Of a DNA stretch of 64,000 bases, positions 9,457-20,063 are shown piece by piece; within the stretch, counting starts at the first letter, position 1; each line of letters begins with the position of its first letter. A program made the translations under genes and the position numbers. The DNA comes from Bacteroidota bacterium. Its GTDB lineage: Bacteria; Bacteroidota; Bacteroidia; NS11-12g; UBA9320. The DNA lies in the NCBI GenBank assembly GCA_947468275.1, contig CANIKO010000002.1, forward strand, positions 105,363 through 169,362. Reading direction: 5' to 3'. The notes beneath the pieces were generated by a model. That model did not search any database, was not told the DNA's origin, and saw only the letters and a list, made by a program, of their open reading frames with translations.

Positions 9457-11343
9457 ATGTTTGAACCTGTGAAAAATAAAGCAATTCTAATATTCTTAAT
9501 TTTATCGAGTGGGGCTATAGTAAAGGCTCAAAACGATTATACTTATGAAACTAAATTACTTACAATTCCATTATTACAAACTGGAAACTATGGCAAAAAT
9601 GCTTCAGAAATAATTCAGTTTAGTGAAGGATTTGAAGCTCCAGAGCCAGGCAATGATTGTAATTCTACAAAAGCTACCGTTAACAAATTAAGAGAAAATT
9701 ACTCTAAAAATTTATTAAAAACGGAAGGTTACATTAATACACCTTCAGAAATAACCCCGCAAATAGATACTTCTTTCAATGGCCAATCTACAAATACTAG
9801 CGGAATACCTTGTGATAATCATATTGCAATTTCTAACGGTGGCAAAATCATCAGCGTTCAAAATTCTACAATTCGGGTGTTAGATGAAAATGGCAAAACT
9901 TTGCTTTACAAATCCCTTTATGGTTTTGCCAATGGCAAAATAGTTGGGCTCACAAATTATTGCTACGACCCAAAAGTAGTTTATGACCCACTAACAGATC
10001 GGTTTATTTTATTCTTTTTGCACGAAAGTAAAGTGGTCACTAATTTTGGAATTATTGCATTTTCGAAAACCAACGACCCAATTGGTGAATGGAATTTTTA
10101 TAAGATACCGGGCAATGCTCTTAAAAACAATAAGTGGAGTGATTACCCCATTATGGCGATTTCAAAAGAAGATGTTTTTATAACGCTCAATTTATTGACT
10201 GAAAACACCGATTGGCGGGTAGGTTTTAATCAAAGTATTATTTGGCAAATAAATAAATCATCAGGTTATAACGGCGATTCATTAAAGCAAAAGGTATATT
10301 ATGATATTCGCTATAAAACAAAAGCTATTTGGAGTATTTGCCCCGTTCAAGGAAGTTTTGTGCCTACCCATCCTAATATGTATTTCCTGTCTGTAAGACC
10401 TGGTGACCTAAGCAATGACACTCTTTTTGTGCACGAAATTTCGAACACTTTATCAAGTGGAAAGGCTCAATTAACTTTAAAAATCCTCCAAACGGATAAG
10501 CCATACGGAGTGCCACCGGCTGCCCCTCAGCCGATCGGAGGGGATACTTTGCAAACCAATGATACTCGGATATTAGGAGGAATATTTCATAACGGAAAAA
10601 TTCAATATGTTCAAACTTCGGTCATTAAGCCCTACTACCATTCTGGTGTTTTTCATGGCATGTTTACGGCAAACCTAAATCACAAAGTGGCCGTAAACTA
10701 TATTACTGCCGACTCAGTTGATTATGCTTATCCATCGATAGCTTATGTTGGTAAAGGTGCACCAACTGATCAATCGTCTGTTATTACTTTTTCGCATGTT
10801 TCACCTAAATCATTCCCCGGAACTTCAGCTGTGTTTCATACGCAGTTAGCCAATTTACCGTCTTATTTTTCAAACGTTGTAAGAGTAAAAAACGGGTTAA
10901 AGGTTATTGAAATGCTTCAAAAACAGCAACAATCTCAAGAGCGTTGGGGAGACTATACGGGCATTCAACGCAAATTCAACGAATCAGGGATGGTTTGGCT
11001 AGTTGGTTCATTTGGAAATTCAAATAATGTAAATGGCACTTGGATTGGCAAATTAAAAGTAACAGATAAAATAGAAATTATTAATAATAATTCATTGATA
11101 GTATACCCTAATCCGTTACAAACAAATACTACCATTGGTTTTACAATAGATAATACGGAAACACTAAAAGTTGAAATGACCAACACTACGGGGCAAATCA
11201 TTAAAGAAATTTTTACGGGTGAATTACCTGAAGGCTATAATGAACTTTATATGGATAACGATAATTTAGCGCACGGCACTTATTTTATTTATGTTAAAGG
11301 CCAGAATAATAAAATCAAATTTGCCGGCAAAATAATTAAATGA
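9457..11343 (+). CDS. Secreted hypothetical protein with T9SS C-terminal sorting domain
   Basis: Likely start at MFEPVKNKAILIFLILSSGAIVKAQ (signal peptide); C-terminal LIVYPNPLQTNTTIGF...GTYFIYVKG tail. Function unknown. Confidence 0.5.
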   Translation: MFEPVKNKAILIFLILSSGAIVKAQNDYTYETKLLTIPLLQTGNYGKNASEIIQFSEGFEAPEPGNDCNSTKATVNKLRENYSKNLLKTEGYINTPSEITPQIDTSFNGQSTNTSGIPCDNHIAISNGGKIISVQNSTIRVLDENGKTLLYKSLYGFANGKIVGLTNYCYDPKVVYDPLTDRFILFFLHESKVVTNFGIIAFSKTNDPIGEWNFYKIPGNALKNNKWSDYPIMAISKEDVFITLNLLTENTDWRVGFNQSIIWQINKSSGYNGDSLKQKVYYDIRYKTKAIWSICPVQGSFVPTHPNMYFLSVRPGDLSNDTLFVHEISNTLSSGKAQLTLKILQTDKPYGVPPAAPQPIGGDTLQTNDTRILGGIFHNGKIQYVQTSVIKPYYHSGVFHGMFTANLNHKVAVNYITADSVDYAYPSIAYVGKGAPTDQSSVITFSHVSPKSFPGTSAVFHTQLANLPSYFSNVVRVKNGLKVIEMLQKQQQSQERWGDYTGIQRKFNESGMVWLVGSFGNSNNVNGTWIGKLKVTDKIEIINNNSLIVYPNPLQTNTTIGFTIDNTETLKVEMTNTTGQIIKEIFTGELPEGYNELYMDNDNLAHGTYFIYVKGQNNKIKFAGKIIK

Positions 11344-12011
11344 TAGATTACAATGAAGGTCAGTTAATACTGATAGATAAGCCCTATGGCAAAACCTCAT
11401 TTCAGGCCGTAAAACACGTGAAATATGTTGCAAAAGTTAAAAAAGTTGGCCATGCTGGTACGCTTGACCCTTTAGCTACAGGACTATTAATAATTTGCAC
11501 AGGTAAATGGACAAAAAAAATAACTCACCTGCAGCTTCAGGAAAAAGAATATACGGGGACTTTTGTTTTAGGTGCCACACGACCTTCCTTTGATATGGAA
11601 ACTGAAATTGATCAAACATTTGACATTTCAAAAATTAAAGAAACTGAAATTAAGGATGCAACCCTTATATTTACTGGAAATATTACTCAAACCCCTCCTA
11701 TTTACTCAGCTGTAAAAGTTGATGGAAAAAGGGCTTACGAAAGTGCAAGAAAAGGGGAAGAAATTATAATTAAATCAAAACAAGTAGAGGTTACTGTATT
11801 TGAAATTACAGGAATACGATTACCTGAGATTGATTTCAGAATTGTTTGCAGCAAAGGAACCTATATCCGTTCCATAGCTAATGATTTTGGCAAAGAACTT
11901 GGGAACGGAGCCTATCTTTCAGCCCTTCGCCGAACCCGAATCGGTGATTATAAAATTGAAGATGCTTTAGATTTTGAAGGTTTCAAAAATTTTGTTGCTC
12001 AGACTATTTAA
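11340..12011 (+). CDS. truB: tRNA pseudouridine(55) synthase TruB
   Basis: LILIDKPYGKTSFQAV...GHAGTLDPLATGLLIICTG is the TruB catalytic Asp motif. The ATG overlaps the stop of the upstream gene. Confidence 0.9.
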   Translation: MIDYNEGQLILIDKPYGKTSFQAVKHVKYVAKVKKVGHAGTLDPLATGLLIICTGKWTKKITHLQLQEKEYTGTFVLGATRPSFDMETEIDQTFDISKIKETEIKDATLIFTGNITQTPPIYSAVKVDGKRAYESARKGEEIIIKSKQVEVTVFEITGIRLPEIDFRIVCSKGTYIRSIANDFGKELGNGAYLSALRRTRIGDYKIEDALDFEGFKNFVAQTI

Positions 12012-12088
12012 GTTTTATATCTAACAATGAAGTAGGTTATCACCTTGAATTGAAAACTTAATTATCTACCTTTGCACCCCCAAAACCG

Positions 12089-13030
12089 ATGCAGGTAGTT
12101 ACCAATCTTGATTTATTCACAAAGCCCGAAAATGCAATAGTTACCCAAGGAACTTTTGACGGTGTGCATGTTGGTCATAAGCAAATATTAGGAAATATTG
12201 TTCAGTTAGCTAAGGAACAAAATGGCAAATCTATTTTGGTAACGTTTCATCCTCATCCTCGACAGGTCTTATTTCATGATGTAAATAATATAAAATTACT
12301 CACGACATTAAATGAAAAAATTGATTTGTTTACTGAAATTGGTTTAGATTATCTAATCATTTTACCATTTGATGAAATATTGTCTAAAGTGACAGCTGCC
12401 AACTTTGTAAGAGATATATTGGTAGAAAAAATTGGGGTCAAAACTATGGTGGTTGGCTATGATCATCGTTTTGGAAGAAACCGTGAAGGTTCATTTGAAG
12501 ATTTAAAAGAGTTTGCTGAAATATATGGTTTTAAGGTAAAAGAAATTGCCGCTCATGATATTAACCAAGCCGTTGTAAGTTCTACCAAGATCAGAACAAG
12601 CCTTATAAATGGAGATATAACAACGGCCACTTTATTTTTGAATCGGGATTATACAGTAACTGGAAAAGTAATTGACGGGAAGAAGCTTGGAAAAACTATT
12701 GGCTATCCTACAGCGAATATAGTATTAGATGATCACGATAAATTAATTCCTGCCAACGGAATATATGCAGTTAGGGTAATGCATCTTAATACTATTTATA
12801 ATGGTATGTTAAATATTGGAAACAACCCTACCATTGAAAATGCAAAATGGAGCATAGAAGTTAATATTTTTGATTTTGATAAAACTATTTACGGGGATGA
12901 ATTAACCATTTACTTTATCGCCCGAATGAGAGATGAAGTAAAATTTGGTAACTTGGCCGAATTAAAAACCCAACTTAAAGTGGACGAATCCGTAGCCAAA
13001 AGAATTTTAAGTGAAAATGAAATTGTTTAA
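12089..13030 (+). CDS. ribF: Bifunctional riboflavin kinase / FAD synthetase RibF
   Basis: N-terminal nucleotidyltransferase (GTFDGVHVGHK) and C-terminal riboflavin kinase (GYPTANI...) signatures. Confidence 0.9.
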   Translation: MQVVTNLDLFTKPENAIVTQGTFDGVHVGHKQILGNIVQLAKEQNGKSILVTFHPHPRQVLFHDVNNIKLLTTLNEKIDLFTEIGLDYLIILPFDEILSKVTAANFVRDILVEKIGVKTMVVGYDHRFGRNREGSFEDLKEFAEIYGFKVKEIAAHDINQAVVSSTKIRTSLINGDITTATLFLNRDYTVTGKVIDGKKLGKTIGYPTANIVLDDHDKLIPANGIYAVRVMHLNTIYNGMLNIGNNPTIENAKWSIEVNIFDFDKTIYGDELTIYFIARMRDEVKFGNLAELKTQLKVDESVAKRILSENEIV

Positions 13031-14042
13031 AGCCCGCCCCCTTTTTTTATTAAACAGTTTACTACTAATTGCTGTTCTGCTTTGCTCAGCATTTTCAGTT
13101 CAGGCTCAAGTAATAGAGACGGATTCAACCGACTCAGATTCGGCAATCTTCGATGAACTAACATATGATCATTCAATAAGCGAAATAACCAAATTGTGGG
13201 ATACATCTAAAATTGGAATTATAGCATTACCTGGTTCCGAAAGGCAAACATTGTGCTTGTATTTAACCGATGATATTCACTGTTGTTTTGAAGCCCCATG
13301 CAGGGGAAAGATAACGAGTAATTTTGGGTGGCGAGGTGGAAGAATACATGCAGGAATTGATATTGATTTAGAAACAGGAGACCCAGTTTACGCAGCCTTT
13401 GATGGAATTGTGAGGCAAGCTGGGTGGAACCGCGGGTATGGATATTTTGTAATTATTAGCCATTTTAATGGTTTAGAAACTTTGTATGGACATTTATCAT
13501 TATTAAAAATGTCAATTTTTCAACCTGTAAAATCGGGTCAAATTATCGGCTTAGGTGGCAATACAGGGCATAGCCGTGGATCACATTTACACTTCGAGAT
13601 ACGGTATTTTGGGAAAGCTCTTAATCCAAAGGTATTAATAAATTTCGAAGATTTCAGTTTGCACACAGATAGTTTGATGGTGGGTAATTCCTCAACTTTT
13701 TCAAAATCAAATTATTTAAATGAAATATCAAGTATGGTAGAGGTTATAAACGATTCAACATATGCAAAAAAGGAAGCCAATTATGAAGCCAATCGGATTA
13801 AATCTTATAAAGAAAGTGAAAAGAAAAGAAGGGAAATCGAAAGAAAAAAGAAGGAATTAACGGATAAGAAAGAAAAGGAAAGGATAAAAAAAACCAAAAC
13901 ATTATCGTATGTTATTAAACAAGGGGATACATTATATTCATTAGCTAAAAAATATGGAACTACAGTAGATAAGTTATGTAAACTTAATAAAATGCAGCCC
14001 ACCGATATTTTAGATTTGGGGAGAAAACTTAAAGTCAAATAG
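13011..14042 (+). CDS. M23 family metallopeptidase with Lys/Glu-rich linker and C-terminal LysM domain
   Basis: HAGIDIDLETGDPVYAAFDGIV and GHLS...GNTGHSRGSHLHFEI (M23 HxxxD / HxH motifs); KKRREIERKKKELTDKKEKERIKK linker; LysM (YVIKQGDTLYSLAKKYGTTVDKLCKLN). Confidence 0.8.
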   Translation: MKMKLFKARPLFLLNSLLLIAVLLCSAFSVQAQVIETDSTDSDSAIFDELTYDHSISEITKLWDTSKIGIIALPGSERQTLCLYLTDDIHCCFEAPCRGKITSNFGWRGGRIHAGIDIDLETGDPVYAAFDGIVRQAGWNRGYGYFVIISHFNGLETLYGHLSLLKMSIFQPVKSGQIIGLGGNTGHSRGSHLHFEIRYFGKALNPKVLINFEDFSLHTDSLMVGNSSTFSKSNYLNEISSMVEVINDSTYAKKEANYEANRIKSYKESEKKRREIERKKKELTDKKEKERIKKTKTLSYVIKQGDTLYSLAKKYGTTVDKLCKLNKMQPTDILDLGRKLKVK

Positions 14043-14089
14043 TGGTTTTGTATTTTGTAATTAAATAGTATTTTCGCATTCCTTTAAAC

Positions 14090-14166
<77 letters not shown>

Positions 14167-14176
14167 AACAATTAAA

Positions 14177-14210
14177 ACCCTTGAAAAACCCAGTGTTTAC
14201 AAGGGTTTTT
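14177..14210 (+). terminator. Putative rho-independent terminator after tRNA-Ala
   Basis: acccttg...caagggt 7-bp stem followed by TTTTT; the loop is rather long (16 nt). Confidence 0.45.
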
Positions 14211-14325
14211 TAGTTCGAACTTTTTTGAACTTTATTTAATAAAAATACAATCGCTTAAAATACAGCTAGTTAAAGGTTTGACAATTACTAATAGTAAAAA
14301 TAAAATATGGATTATTAAAGTTTGG

Positions 14326-14637
14326 TTAAACTGAAAATTCTAGTGTCAATTTTCCGCCAAGGCCTTCGCGAATAATTCGCATTAAGGTTCTTAATCGAAT
14401 ATCACTGGCATCATTTTCAATTCTTGAAATATAATTCTTTGTTGTACCAATTCGTAAAGCAAGTTCCTCTTGGGTTAAATGCTGCTTTTTTCGCGCCTCT
14501 TGTATGAGCACTCCAATTTTAAATGCTTCAAATTCTTCAGCATATTTTTCACGAGTTGGTGTACCTTTCTTTCCATATTTAATGTCAAGATGATCATCCC
14601 AATTCACTAGTTTATTTTGTTCATTTACCTTAATCAT
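14326..14637 (-). CDS. higA: HigA-like XRE-family HTH antitoxin
   Basis: 103 aa; HTH LTQEELALRIGTTKNYISRIEN; immediately downstream of the toxin-like gene. Confidence 0.7.
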   Translation of the reverse strand: MIKVNEQNKLVNWDDHLDIKYGKKGTPTREKYAEEFEAFKIGVLIQEARKKQHLTQEELALRIGTTKNYISRIENDASDIRLRTLMRIIREGLGGKLTLEFSV

Positions 14638-14648
14638 AATCTTATTAT

Positions 14649-14999
14649 TTATAGTCCTTTTGTTTCAAAATACAGTTGTTTTAATTTTTCAGCTCTATCA
14701 ATTTCTTGTTTGGGAGTTTTGTTTGACTTCTTTTGAAATCCATTAAAAAGTATAACCAAATTTCCCTTATCAAAACAGCAAAAAACTCTAAAGATATCGC
14801 TACCTACTTTTATTCTAATCTCATAAAGTCCATCGGTTCCTTCAATGTGTTTGAAAAATTTTTCAGGAATAATTTGCAATGTTCTTACTAGTCCGATGAC
14901 CCAATCTATTTTCCCCTGAACTTCGCTAGTCTGCTTATGGTAGAATTCCCAAAAATAATTTCCAAAGACAATAGTGCCTCGCAGATAATTTTCATTCAC
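14649..14999 (-). CDS. higB: HigB-like (RelE/ParE superfamily) toxin
   Basis: 116 aa; Gp49/HigB-like pattern (GLYEIRIKVGSDIFRVFCCFDKGNLVILFNGFQKK...); toxin-first order with an 11-bp gap to the antitoxin. Confidence 0.65.
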   Translation of the reverse strand: MNENYLRGTIVFGNYFWEFYHKQTSEVQGKIDWVIGLVRTLQIIPEKFFKHIEGTDGLYEIRIKVGSDIFRVFCCFDKGNLVILFNGFQKKSNKTPKQEIDRAEKLKQLYFETKGL

Positions 15000-15346
15000 A
15001 GTTCAAAGTTATCTAAACAGGCAACAATATGCAAGTTATTTTTTTAAAAAACAATTCAAATTGCATTGGGCTATAATGATGACTAACAAATTATAGACTA
15101 AAACGAAGTTATTTTGATTAGCCTATTATAGGCTTAAACAAAACTCAACAATTCCCTCTAAATCATTGATAAAAAAGTTCGACGTCTGTCGGCTTGAGTC
15201 CACAATTAATCACAAAAAGGGTTTTCATAAATGGAAGCCTTTTTTATTTTAAGATATCTCTGAAAAGGATAAATTAAATTTTTATAAATATGATTTTTGA
15301 AAGTAATACACATAAATCATAATTCGCACATTATATTTGTTTTTGA

Positions 15347-16387
15347 ATGATTCTACGAGCTTATTTAGTAACCTTATGTTTGTTTTTTTGTATTACAGCA
15401 TCACCCCAGGTGGTAAAACTTACACAAAAATTTGATAGTTCAAAAACCCCACCCCGGCCTGATTATAGCAAAAATGCATCTTGGGCCGCACTTCCGTTTA
15501 TAAAAGATGAGGCGGATACTACACCGGGCTTAGGAATTTATAAAGACTTGCAAAGCAACGCAATTGCAGATATTTTTTTTATTCATCCTACAACGTATAC
15601 TTATAAACCTTTATCACCCAACCAATGGAATGGGGATATTAATGATGTACAATTGAACCAAAAAACAAATTCAGGAACGATTCGTTATCAAGCCTCCTTG
15701 TTTAATGGTGCGGGAAAAATCTATGCCCCATATTACAGACAAGCTCATTATTATTCTTATGTAACGAGTGATACACTTAGTGCAAGATTAGCTTTGGATG
15801 TGGCTTATTCCGATGTAAAAAAAGCATTTGAATTTTATTTAAAAAACTATAATAATGGCCGGCCAATAATAATTGCATCTCATAGTCAAGGTACTACACA
15901 TGCCATAAGATTGATGAAAGATTATTTTGATACAACTTACTTAATAAACCAACTTGTTTGCGCATATTTGGTTGGTATGCCAGTATATGATTCTGTTTTC
16001 ATCAAACTTAAACCTTGCCAAAATGATAATCAAACAGGATGTTATTGCAGCTGGAGAACTTATGCAGTGGGCTATTACCCAAAAAAATACATTAAACCTG
16101 GAAAATTTTCTGTGTGTACGAATCCTCTTACTTGGAAAACCAACGAGACTTATGCCTCAGCTGAACTAAATAGTGGTGGAATATTGCGCAATATGAATAC
16201 GGTTATACCTAAATTGTGTGATGCACAAATAGCTGATGGGGTATTAAGGATACATAAACCCAATTTTAAAGGCAATATATTTTTGAATATTAAAAATTAT
16301 CACATAGCCGATTATAATCTTTTCTATTCCAACGTTAGAGAAAATGCTATATTAAGAAAAGACACTTTCATTAAAAATAAAAGTTAA
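15347..16387 (+). CDS. Secreted DUF3089-like alpha/beta-hydrolase (lipase-like) protein
   Basis: Signal peptide; IIIASHSQGTTH resembles the lipase nucleophile elbow (xHSQG). Confidence 0.45.
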   Translation: MILRAYLVTLCLFFCITASPQVVKLTQKFDSSKTPPRPDYSKNASWAALPFIKDEADTTPGLGIYKDLQSNAIADIFFIHPTTYTYKPLSPNQWNGDINDVQLNQKTNSGTIRYQASLFNGAGKIYAPYYRQAHYYSYVTSDTLSARLALDVAYSDVKKAFEFYLKNYNNGRPIIIASHSQGTTHAIRLMKDYFDTTYLINQLVCAYLVGMPVYDSVFIKLKPCQNDNQTGCYCSWRTYAVGYYPKKYIKPGKFSVCTNPLTWKTNETYASAELNSGGILRNMNTVIPKLCDAQIADGVLRIHKPNFKGNIFLNIKNYHIADYNLFYSNVRENAILRKDTFIKNKS

Positions 16388-16396
16388 TCGTAAATC

Positions 16397-16804
16397 CTAC
16401 GGTTTAATAATTCCTTTATCCTTCAAAAGTTGAACCAATTCCGTAATATTTAGTGGTTTTGTCAAAAAAGCTATTACGGAAGGATATTTTAAGACTTTTT
16501 CATTATCACTCATTAGTATACTAGAGGAAAGCATAATAATATTAGTTTTTTCACGATTTTCAATTGGAAGTGTATTATATAGTTCCAAAAACTCAAAACC
16601 ATCCATTATCGGCATATGGATGTCAAGTAATATTAAATTAGGCCAATCTGCAGCACTTGCACTATGAAGATATTGGAATGCTTCATGAGAATCTTCAAAT
16701 TTTGTTGTTTTATTGGCAAGCTTATGAGCCTCAATAAATTTTTTATTAAGAAATAAATCTATAACATTATCATCAATCAACATTATAGAAAGATTATTTA
16801 TCAT
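16397..16804 (-). CDS. Stand-alone response-regulator receiver (REC) protein
   Basis: 135 aa; LMIDDNVID...LLDIHMPIMDG...; no output domain. Confidence 0.8.
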   Translation of the reverse strand: MINNLSIMLIDDNVIDLFLNKKFIEAHKLANKTTKFEDSHEAFQYLHSASAADWPNLILLDIHMPIMDGFEFLELYNTLPIENREKTNIIMLSSSILMSDNEKVLKYPSVIAFLTKPLNITELVQLLKDKGIIKP

Positions 16805-17886
16805 GGATTAATTTTATTTGGAATTATTATTTCAAAAGTAGTACCAACATGAGGAGTTGAGGTCACGGATATCGTACCTCCTATTTTATCTAATGATTCT
16901 TTTACAATATATAAACCGATACCTGACCCTTGCTTATTATTTGAAATTTGTGCACGATAGAACATTTTAAATATATTAGGCAGATGTTCAGGATTAATAC
17001 CTATTCCGCTATCTATAATTTGCAAATTAACCGATTCATTTTCGCTAACTATTTTAACCGTTACGGTATGTTGCTCCGAACTAGGCTTTCGATACTTAAT
17101 GGCATTTGATATAATATTTATCAAGATAACTCTTAATCGAAATGAATCACCAATAAATTCGCCTTTTTGTTTAACATCAGTCACAAACTTTATGGAATGA
17201 TCCTGATTTTTAAGCATATCAATTATTTCATGCAAAAGTTCATTAAAATTTAAATTTTCCAGTGATTCATCTGACCTGGAATTCTGATAATAATCAATAA
17301 TATTCCGAATATATTTATCTAATTTAAGAACACTATTTTCAATAATATCAAAGTATTCCTGATCTAAACTATCATCCATTTTGGCAAGTTGTACTACACC
17401 TAATATTGACATAAGTGGAGAACGGAGGTCATGCGAAGCACTATAAATAAAACGATTTAGTTCATCGTTAGTTTTCAGTAATTCTGTATTTTTCAATTTC
17501 AATTCTACACGACTTTTATAAATGTCGCTGCAGTTTTCCATTATCAAATTCAACTTTTCCCAATCCCAAGGTTTTTGAACATATTTGTTTACTTGCCCTC
17601 TATTTATAGCATCTATAACAGAATCTAAGTCGGCATGACCAGTAATTAATAATCGAACCGCGTCAGGATATATATCAATTGTTTTTTCTAAAAACTCAAT
17701 ACCAGTCATTACCGGCATTTTCTGATCGGTAATAATTATATTAATTTCAATATCCTTAAGCAAGCCAAAGGCTTCTAGAGCACCTTTGGCTGTATAAATC
17801 TGATACTGTCTTTTAAAATAAGCCTGAAATGATATCAGATTATTTTCTTCATCATCTACGTATAATACTTTTAGTTTTTCTAACAT
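16801..17886 (-). CDS. Hybrid REC-histidine kinase (N-terminal receiver, then HisKA and HATPase_c)
   Basis: VLYVDDEENNLISF...ITDQKMPVMTG (REC); H-box SHDLRSPL; N/G boxes ...NAIKY..., DSGIGI, GSGIGL. Confidence 0.8.
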   Translation of the reverse strand: MLEKLKVLYVDDEENNLISFQAYFKRQYQIYTAKGALEAFGLLKDIEINIIITDQKMPVMTGIEFLEKTIDIYPDAVRLLITGHADLDSVIDAINRGQVNKYVQKPWDWEKLNLIMENCSDIYKSRVELKLKNTELLKTNDELNRFIYSASHDLRSPLMSILGVVQLAKMDDSLDQEYFDIIENSVLKLDKYIRNIIDYYQNSRSDESLENLNFNELLHEIIDMLKNQDHSIKFVTDVKQKGEFIGDSFRLRVILINIISNAIKYRKPSSEQHTVTVKIVSENESVNLQIIDSGIGINPEHLPNIFKMFYRAQISNNKQGSGIGLYIVKESLDKIGGTISVTSTPHVGTTFEIIIPNKINP

Positions 17887-17897
17887 CTATTTTAATT

Positions 17898-20063
17898 TTA
17901 AGACAGAATAATATGAAGATTCATTGGCAATATTATTGTGATTTTAGTGCCAATTCCTGGTTCACTCATTATATCAATTTTTCCATGATGACTTTCCATT
18001 ATTCCAAATACAATCGACATTCCTAATCCTGTTCCTTCTCCAACATCTTTTGTAGTAAAAAATGGTTCAAATATCTTAGCCTGCACTTCTAGTGTCATCC
18101 CAGGTCCAGTATCTTCTACCGACACGCAAATAGTTTCATCTTTTACAAAACTAGAGATCGTAAGCCTGTGTTTTTCTTTTGTAGTGTCTTTATCCATGGC
18201 TTGAATTGCATTATTTATGATATTCATAAATACCTGATTTAACTTACCAGGATAGCATTCAATTTTAGGAATTTCTCCAAAGTGTTTAACAATCTCAATA
18301 TTAGGAGGTGTTATGCTTTTTAATAACACCATAGTAGACTCAATTCCTTGGTTTATATCAGCGAGTTTAATATCACTTGCATCCAAATGTGCAAAATTCT
18401 TTAGTCCTTTTACTATTTCGGCTGTTCTTTTAGCCCCATCTTCAATACCTGCGAGTAATGAATTAATTTCTTTTTTAACATAATCGATATCGATCTCTTT
18501 TTTGAATGATTCAATAGAAGTTAATTTTTCAGCTAAATTATCTTCAATGTTGATAGCTTCATATTTAGATAGAACTTCAAAAATATCAGCGATATCTAAT
18601 TGAAGTGGCTTAACATTGGCACTAACAAAGTTAATAGGATTATTAATTTCGTGCGCAATACCAGCCGTTAGCTGACCAAGAGATGCCATTTTCTCAACAG
18701 ACACTAATTGAGACTGTGCTTCCTTTAAATCAGTGATAGCTACTCCTAATTCATTGTTTTTAACTTCTAATTCCTCGGTTCGAACTAATACTTTTTGTTC
18801 TAATACAATATTTTGTTCTTTAATTAGTTTTTCATTTTCTTCTAAAGCCATTACTACCTCTGCCTGAGATAACTCTTTATCTTTTTTCAAGATATTAATA
18901 CGATCAGCAAGGGCAAATGACAGCAAAATAACCTCAATACCAGAACCAAACTGCATGGTATAGCGTGTTATATTATTATATGGCAAAATATGAAGATCTT
19001 TTAAAACAAATATTATAACTCCCGCCAAAAAAACAGACCATCCAATTAAAAAGAATCGTGCTTCTTGATTTCCTTGCCTGTATATTACTATACCAACAAT
19101 TAACATGAAGATGGAAACAGAAGAAGCTGTTATTGACATCAGTTTATAACTTAAACCATATTGCCCAGTGAAACTCATAAATATGGCAATTAGATATAAA
19201 ATTGTAAACAGAAAGGAGGAGTTGTAAACTTTTAAATTTCGGTTTTTTAGTTTTAAAAAATCTTTAAAAAACTCTAAACCGGCAATGCCTGCCAAAGAAG
19301 GAAAAAGAAATTGACTATGTATTTGTAACCAAGGTAAATTGGGCCAAATAAACTGAAATGGCAGCCCCATATTACTCGTTTGGGCTAACAATACGAATAC
19401 AATGTAAAATGAGTATACCAAATAGCTTTTTTCTCTAACGGCCCCGAAAATGAATAGGTTATACAGCAACATCACAATCATGATACCTATATAAATCCCC
19501 ACCGCAATATTTTTATATCCTGAAAATTCAAAAGTTGACTTGCTAGAGCCCATAAAAATTGGGAGCTGTAATATTTCCTTGGAAGTAATTTTTAAATAAT
19601 ATGTTTTCTCAGAACCATTTTCAATATTTATATCAAATAAATAATCAGGGGTAGAATATTGCCGCAATTTGAAAGACTGATATTCTCCCATTGAACTTGC
19701 GCAGTATTTATTAGTTTTTAAATCATTAAAATAAAATGTAACCTTATCTAAAATTGGCTGATTAACTTGTATAATAAGGTTATTTTCAGTCGAAATATTC
19801 TTAATTGTAATTCGAACCCAAAACGTAGAGGTTGACATTCCTAAATCTGGTACATCCTTTTCACTTCTCTTGAAATTTTTTGATTTTAAAATTTCGTCTA
19901 TGGTTAAATTATTGGTTTTATCTTCTAACAGATAAATATTTTTACCAATTTGTAAATTTCGAGTTGCATCGGAATAAATAACTTGTGCAAATAAGTTATT
20001 TGAAAGTCCAACTAATATCAATAAAACGACTAAAATACTTGAATATTTATTTTTTTCAATCAT
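17898..20063 (-). CDS. 7TMR-DISM sensor histidine kinase (periplasmic DISMED2-like domain, 7TM, HisKA, HATPase_c)
   Basis: Signal peptide, ~170-aa extracytoplasmic domain, seven predicted TM helices, coiled coil, H-box AHEINNPINF, ATPase motifs NAIQAM, DTGPGM, GTGLGM. Confidence 0.85.
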   Translation of the reverse strand: MIEKNKYSSILVVLLILVGLSNNLFAQVIYSDATRNLQIGKNIYLLEDKTNNLTIDEILKSKNFKRSEKDVPDLGMSTSTFWVRITIKNISTENNLIIQVNQPILDKVTFYFNDLKTNKYCASSMGEYQSFKLRQYSTPDYLFDINIENGSEKTYYLKITSKEILQLPIFMGSSKSTFEFSGYKNIAVGIYIGIMIVMLLYNLFIFGAVREKSYLVYSFYIVFVLLAQTSNMGLPFQFIWPNLPWLQIHSQFLFPSLAGIAGLEFFKDFLKLKNRNLKVYNSSFLFTILYLIAIFMSFTGQYGLSYKLMSITASSVSIFMLIVGIVIYRQGNQEARFFLIGWSVFLAGVIIFVLKDLHILPYNNITRYTMQFGSGIEVILLSFALADRINILKKDKELSQAEVVMALEENEKLIKEQNIVLEQKVLVRTEELEVKNNELGVAITDLKEAQSQLVSVEKMASLGQLTAGIAHEINNPINFVSANVKPLQLDIADIFEVLSKYEAINIEDNLAEKLTSIESFKKEIDIDYVKKEINSLLAGIEDGAKRTAEIVKGLKNFAHLDASDIKLADINQGIESTMVLLKSITPPNIEIVKHFGEIPKIECYPGKLNQVFMNIINNAIQAMDKDTTKEKHRLTISSFVKDETICVSVEDTGPGMTLEVQAKIFEPFFTTKDVGEGTGLGMSIVFGIMESHHGKIDIMSEPGIGTKITIILPMNLHIILS

